Source: an uncultured Acidobacteriota bacterium | Lineage (GTDB): Bacteria > Acidobacteriota > UBA6911 > RPQK01 > JAPXNP01 | Reading direction: 5' to 3' | DNA: 64,000 bases | Assembly: GCA_963777605.1 (NCBI GenBank) | Contig: CAVZRV010000027.1 | Span: 288,001 to 352,000, forward strand | Shown here: in pieces, positions 59,994-64,000 of the stretch | Layout: every line of letters begins with the position of its first letter | How positions within the stretch are numbered: the first letter of the stretch is position 1 | Made by a program: the position numbers and the translations under genes | Notes under the pieces: generated by a model | What the model saw: the letters and a program-made list of their open reading frames with translations, nothing else | Told to the model about the DNA's origin: nothing | The model's database searches: none

Positions 59994-60380
59994 TCACTGG
60001 GCAAACAGATCGTCCCCGGTCGCCATCCAGTCGCTCGAGTCGCTGCCGATCTCAGGGATCTCGGTCATGAAACTGTCGTCGGTGTTCATCAGAAAGTCGG
60101 TTGGCGAGTTCCACTGGACAATTTCCAGAGTTCCCGGGTCGAGAGCATTCAGGTCGGTCTCGCTTCCCGAGTTCCACAACAGCAGCGCGGGACTCAGAAA
60201 GAAGATCAACAGCAGTGCCGCCATCGCCACCTTGACTCCCGTCGGAACGTTCACCAGCCAACCGGGAAAGCGGTGACGCCGCCCGAGAGTCGCTTCAAAT
60301 GAGGGAGCGGAACGGGAATCCTGCTCCCTGAGGAGAGCAAACAACTTTTCAACCCGGCGTTCATCCCCTTGCGAGTTCAT
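59994..60380 (-). CDS. Putative single-TM anti-sigma factor
   Basis: Overlaps the ECF stop; one TM; WNSPTDFL motif. Confidence 0.7.
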   Translation of the reverse strand: MNSQGDERRVEKLFALLREQDSRSAPSFEATLGRRHRFPGWLVNVPTGVKVAMAALLLIFFLSPALLLWNSGSETDLNALDPGTLEIVQWNSPTDFLMNTDDSFMTEIPEIGSDSSDWMATGDDLFAQ

Positions 60381-60897
60381 GACTCAGTCCCTCTCTTTCG
60401 ATTGCCTCGCTCAACCTGCTCTTGCCCCGTTCGTAGTGGGTGCGGGCGGACCCTAATCCGATCCCGAGAACTCGGGCGGATTCTTCGATTGTCAGGCCAT
60501 GATAGAAAACGAGTCGCAGGACCTGCTGCTGCCTCGCCGACAGGGTTCCGAGCAAACTTTCAATCTTGGAACGGAGTTCGGAACGGAGAACCGCGGAATC
60601 GGGTCCGGCGCCACTGTGCGGGACGTCGGGGATCAGTTCAACAAAACGCTCGACCATTCGCCAGCCGACCATTCTCCGCTTCCAGGCCGACTTTCGAATT
60701 ACGGCAAAGAGCCAGGTCTTGAAGCTGGACCGACCGTCGAACGACGCTTTCTGCTGGAGGATGCGTACGTAGACCGAATGAAGCAGGTCGGATGCGTCCT
60801 CGCGTCTCCCGTCGCAGCAGTGGAGCGCCCATCCAAATGCGTCAAGATGTGTCTGCTCCAACATTTCTCTCAACCTCGCGTCGTCCATTTCGCTCAT
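60361..60897 (-). CDS. ECF sigma factor
   Basis: DASDLLHSVY, FDGRSSFKTWLFAV, LSARQQQVLRLVFYHGLTIEE. Confidence 0.92.
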   Translation of the reverse strand: MSEMDDARLREMLEQTHLDAFGWALHCCDGRREDASDLLHSVYVRILQQKASFDGRSSFKTWLFAVIRKSAWKRRMVGWRMVERFVELIPDVPHSGAGPDSAVLRSELRSKIESLLGTLSARQQQVLRLVFYHGLTIEESARVLGIGLGSARTHYERGKSRLSEAIEREGLSHELARG

Positions 60898-60997
60898 TCT
60901 GCCTGTTAATCACGACATTAGTTCCGCGGGGAGAGAGTTCATATGACAGGGTTGGAGGGAAATCTGGAGGATGGAGGAAGAGGGTGGAGGAGAAGGA

Positions 60998-61074
60998 TGG
61001 GACCAGTGGGCCTCATAGGACCCACAGGACATGGTACGGGTAGTCGCGCTGGTCCCATTCGTCCTAATCGGCCC
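60998..61074. repeat. Imperfect inverted repeat built of 9-nt periodic GGAC units
   Basis: GGAC/GGCC at 61000, 61009, 61018, 61027; GTCC/GGCC at 61052, 61061, 61070. Confidence 0.55.
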
Positions 61075-61094
61075 GATCACCCCCGGGTTTCAAC

Positions 61095-61721
61095 TCACCC
61101 GAGCCCCAGGAGAGACTCAACCGTCTTCACGGCCTCGTTGGCGTCCGTTCCGAAGCCGTCGGCGCCTACCTTCTCGGCATATTCCCGGGTAACCGGGGCA
61201 CCCCCGATGACCACCCGGACCTCAGGCTGGTCTTTGAATTGCTCGACGATCGTCTTCATGTAAGGCATCGTCGTCGTCAGCAGGGCACTGCACAACACGG
61301 CTTGAGCACCCTGGGCAACGGCTCCCGAGAACTTGGCGACGTCACAGTCAACGCCCAGATCGATGACCTCATAGCCCGCGCCCTTCAGCATCATGGCAAC
61401 GAGGTTTTTTCCGATATCGTGGAGATCGCCTTTCACGGTGCCGATACAGACCTTTGCACGCGCCTTATGGCCGCTGGCCACCAAGCTCGGCTCGATCATG
61501 TCGAGGCCCGACTGCATCGCTCGTGCCGCAATCAGCATGTCGGGCACATAGACTTCGTTGCAGGAGAACCGTCGTCCCATTTCCCGCATTGCGGGGATCA
61601 TCGATTCGTTGAGCAAAACGACCACGTCATCGCCAGCGTCGAGTACCCCCTGCACCACCCTCTTGACGGTGTCCCGATCACCACGGCAAATGGCTTCAAA
61701 CAGCTCTTCATTCCTTACCAT
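61095..61721 (-). CDS. Stand-alone corrinoid (B12-binding) methyltransferase protein
   Basis: Cap domain MIPAMREMG..VYVPDMLIAA; GTVKGDLHDIGKNLV (DxHxxG); SALLTTT; VIGGAP. Confidence 0.93.
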   Translation of the reverse strand: MVRNEELFEAICRGDRDTVKRVVQGVLDAGDDVVVLLNESMIPAMREMGRRFSCNEVYVPDMLIAARAMQSGLDMIEPSLVASGHKARAKVCIGTVKGDLHDIGKNLVAMMLKGAGYEVIDLGVDCDVAKFSGAVAQGAQAVLCSALLTTTMPYMKTIVEQFKDQPEVRVVIGGAPVTREYAEKVGADGFGTDANEAVKTVESLLGLG

Positions 61722-61980
61722 CCGGCATACTCCTTTCTGAACTTCACGCGCGACCCTGGTCCGGACTAACCGAAGAAACATCGCATCTTCGCGGGCAAAA
61801 GTCCAGAGGACTAATGGTCAGACCGTTACGCCAGCTCTGAGTTATTCGCGGGCAATGGAGATTTGACTAAAGTTCCACAAAGTCAGCGACGATTTCTCAC
61901 TTGAGAGCATCTTGTCCAATTGGAGGGATCATGCGACCACAAGAACTTCGTCTCGGATGTCTGGTGAGAGCAAAACAGAG

Positions 61981-62006
61981 GAGCCCGCTCTTCCGGCAGG
62001 GGGCTC
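61981..62006 (-). terminator. Probable terminator downstream of the candidate RNA
   Basis: GAGCCC...GGGCTC stem followed on the minus strand by CTCTGTTTT. Confidence 0.4.
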
Positions 62007-62011
62007 TATTC

Positions 62012-62139
62012 AGAGTGGTCTCCCTGCTCGAGGGTCCCAGGGATGCCGCTTTTGTCGCGTGCCGAGCGGTTGGCATAGCACCTTTTCGGGTCTGGTACTT
62101 TCGCGTTCCCGACCTCGAACCTGCCCATGCTGCCACTCT
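62012..62139 (-). ncRNA. Unidentified structured RNA with predicted H-type pseudoknot
   Basis: AGAGUGG/CCACUCU closing stem; GUUCGAGGUC/GACCCUCGAGC; GGGA/UCCC; UGCC/GGCA hairpin whose loop CCGCU pairs with downstream AGCGG. Confidence 0.55.
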
Positions 62140-62372
62140 TGCGCGGTAACTCTTTTCACCCTGCGCCGCCCCTCAAGCCGGGACCGAACAACCGGGGCTT
62201 TTTCCGCGAGAGGTCGAGTCTGATAGGCGGCCTTAAAAGCACTTGATTCAGCCGGGCCGAAAGCGTCAGAATAGGCGCGCTCAATTCGGGCACGTTTCAA
62301 AAATCACGATCAGGTTAAAATCTTAAATTGCGATCAGAAGTTTAGGCTTAACTGATTCTTCAGGGGGTCACA

Positions 62373-62647
62373 ATGCTTTGGAACAACCAGGAATTTGAAG
62401 AAGTCACCTTGCCGCTGTGGTTGCGGCCCGAAGATGATGACGATTTGGACGATTTCGAGGAGGATGACGATTTCGAGGATTTCGACGACGATGACGACGA
62501 CGATGACTTCGATGATTTCGACGACGACTTCGACGACGACGACGACGATGATGACTTAGATGACTTCGACGACGACGGCGATTTCGACGACATCGACGAC
62601 GACGATTCCGACGACGAGATGACGACGACGAAGACTACTTCCAATAG
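62373..62647 (+). CDS. Small hyperacidic Asp/Glu-rich protein (likely 1-nt frameshift near 62619)
   Basis: AGGGGG RBS; about 70 D/E-dominated residues with periodic Phe; shifted frame ends DDDEDYFQ-TAG at 62647. Confidence 0.6.
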
Positions 62648-62689
62648 CACCGGGCTTGATCGGTTCGCGCACGGGTGTGGATCCTTCTA

Positions 62690-63142
<453 letters not shown>

Positions 63143-63206
63143 TCACGATTCGCCTCGCCTCCACAATGGGATGCAGTTCAGTTACCAATCAGGAAAGCGA
63201 GTTCCC

Positions 63207-64000
63207 ATGTTCGACCCTGCAGAACACCCTCATCGAAGACTCAACCCATTGACGGGAGAATGGCTGGTGGTCTCCCCGCATCGCGCCAAGCGTCCATGGC
63301 TTGGGCACCAGGCGTCACCGGCTTCCGAAAACCAGCCCGAGTATGATCCGAATTGCTATCTCTGTCCCGGTAACCGGAGAGCGGAAGGAGCGGTAAACCC
63401 GTCCTACACCTCCACGTTCGTGTTCGGCAACGATTTCCCCGCACTCCTGTCAGACGCCCCGGAAGGAGGAAGAGACCAGGAGGGTCTCCTGGTCTCCAGG
63501 AGCGAACGCGGGACCTGCCGGGTGCTTTGCTTCTCCCCGCGACACGATCTGGACCTGGCCCGGATGGAGGTCGATCAGATTGCTCGAGTCGTCTCAGTCT
63601 GGTCCGACCAGGTCGGAGAACTCTCCCGCCGTCCATCGGTCCAGTACGTTCAGATCTTTGAGAACCGGGGAGAAATGATGGGATGCAGCAACCCCCATCC
63701 CCACTGCCAGATCTGGGCGTGCGAGTCGATTCCAAACGAACCGCTGAAGGAAGCCCAGACCCAGGCGGCATTCCTGGATGCCCACGGTTGTTGCCTGCTC
63801 TGCCGATATCTCGAACTGGAACTGGAACTGGGCGAACGGGTAGTGTTCGAAAACCCCCATTTTGTTGTCGTAGTACCCTACTGGGCTGTCTGGCCGTTTG
63901 AAACTCTCGTTCTGAGCCGCCGGCACACGGGCACATTCGAAGAACTAACTCCGGAAGAGCGAACTTCACTTGCCGACGCACTGAAGCGGATCACGACCCG
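63207..64000 (+). CDS. galT: Galactose-1-phosphate uridylyltransferase, 3' truncated by window edge
   Basis: Manual translation HPHRRLNPLTGEW..SPHRAKRPW, CYLCPGN, NDFPAL, FENRGEMMGCSNPHPHCQIW. Confidence 0.93.
   Translation, partial: MFDPAEHPHRRLNPLTGEWLVVSPHRAKRPWLGHQASPASENQPEYDPNCYLCPGNRRAEGAVNPSYTSTFVFGNDFPALLSDAPEGGRDQEGLLVSRSERGTCRVLCFSPRHDLDLARMEVDQIARVVSVWSDQVGELSRRPSVQYVQIFENRGEMMGCSNPHPHCQIWACESIPNEPLKEAQTQAAFLDAHGCCLLCRYLELELELGERVVFENPHFVVVVPYWAVWPFETLVLSRRHTGTFEELTPEERTSLADALKRITT

Noticed and set aside
61800-62200. Cobalamin riboswitch upstream of the corrinoid gene
   Set aside because: No GGGAA..GGTG..AATCC, GCCACTG or AGxCAG..GACCTGCC B12-box in the correct orientation
62430-62635. 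GAC/GAT repeat as CRISPR or microsatellite
   Set aside because: No repeat-spacer structure; synonymous codon mixing fits a poly-Asp coding region. No CRISPR array, tRNA or rRNA was seen anywhere in the window

Overview
GC-rich bacterial chromosomal segment. Gene content points to an Acidobacteriota-like Gram-negative organism (inference from the Tat-exported Gfo/Idh/MocA proteins, DUF1080, kinase-TolB-TPR protein and N-terminal RLxxWKEI HTH protein). Several long genes are broken by 1-nt indels, which suggests long-read or low-coverage assembly errors. Main blocks: glycan utilisation (SSS transporter, BNR sialidase-like, GH78, heparinase II/III, GH5-like, two Gfo/Idh/MocA, TIM-barrel isomerase, DUF1080); signalling (two HDOD proteins, RpoD paralogue, Ser/Thr kinase next to an FHA-TM-lytic transglycosylase fusion, PilZ, ECF/anti-sigma/two CpxP-like); orphan FliK-C/FlhB-C pair; B12 radical SAM-STAS; dispersed methionine-synthase modules; truncated tpl; galT. 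The most notable locus is a minus-strand operon at 46.4-50.9 kb. It holds an 85-aa signal-peptide-bearing Gly/Ala-rich hydrophobic peptide, a 4-TM protein, SpoIIM/DUF95, Yip1, an ABC ATPase and two permeases. This is the layout of a head-to-tail circular bacteriocin cluster, here in a probable Gram-negative host, with 9-bp direct repeats abutting its predicted -35 box and a flanking excisionase-type HTH gene. Two unannotated structured RNA candidates (51.4 kb and 62.0 kb) and several small genes absent from the ORF track were also found. All calls come from reading the sequence by eye; no database searches were run.
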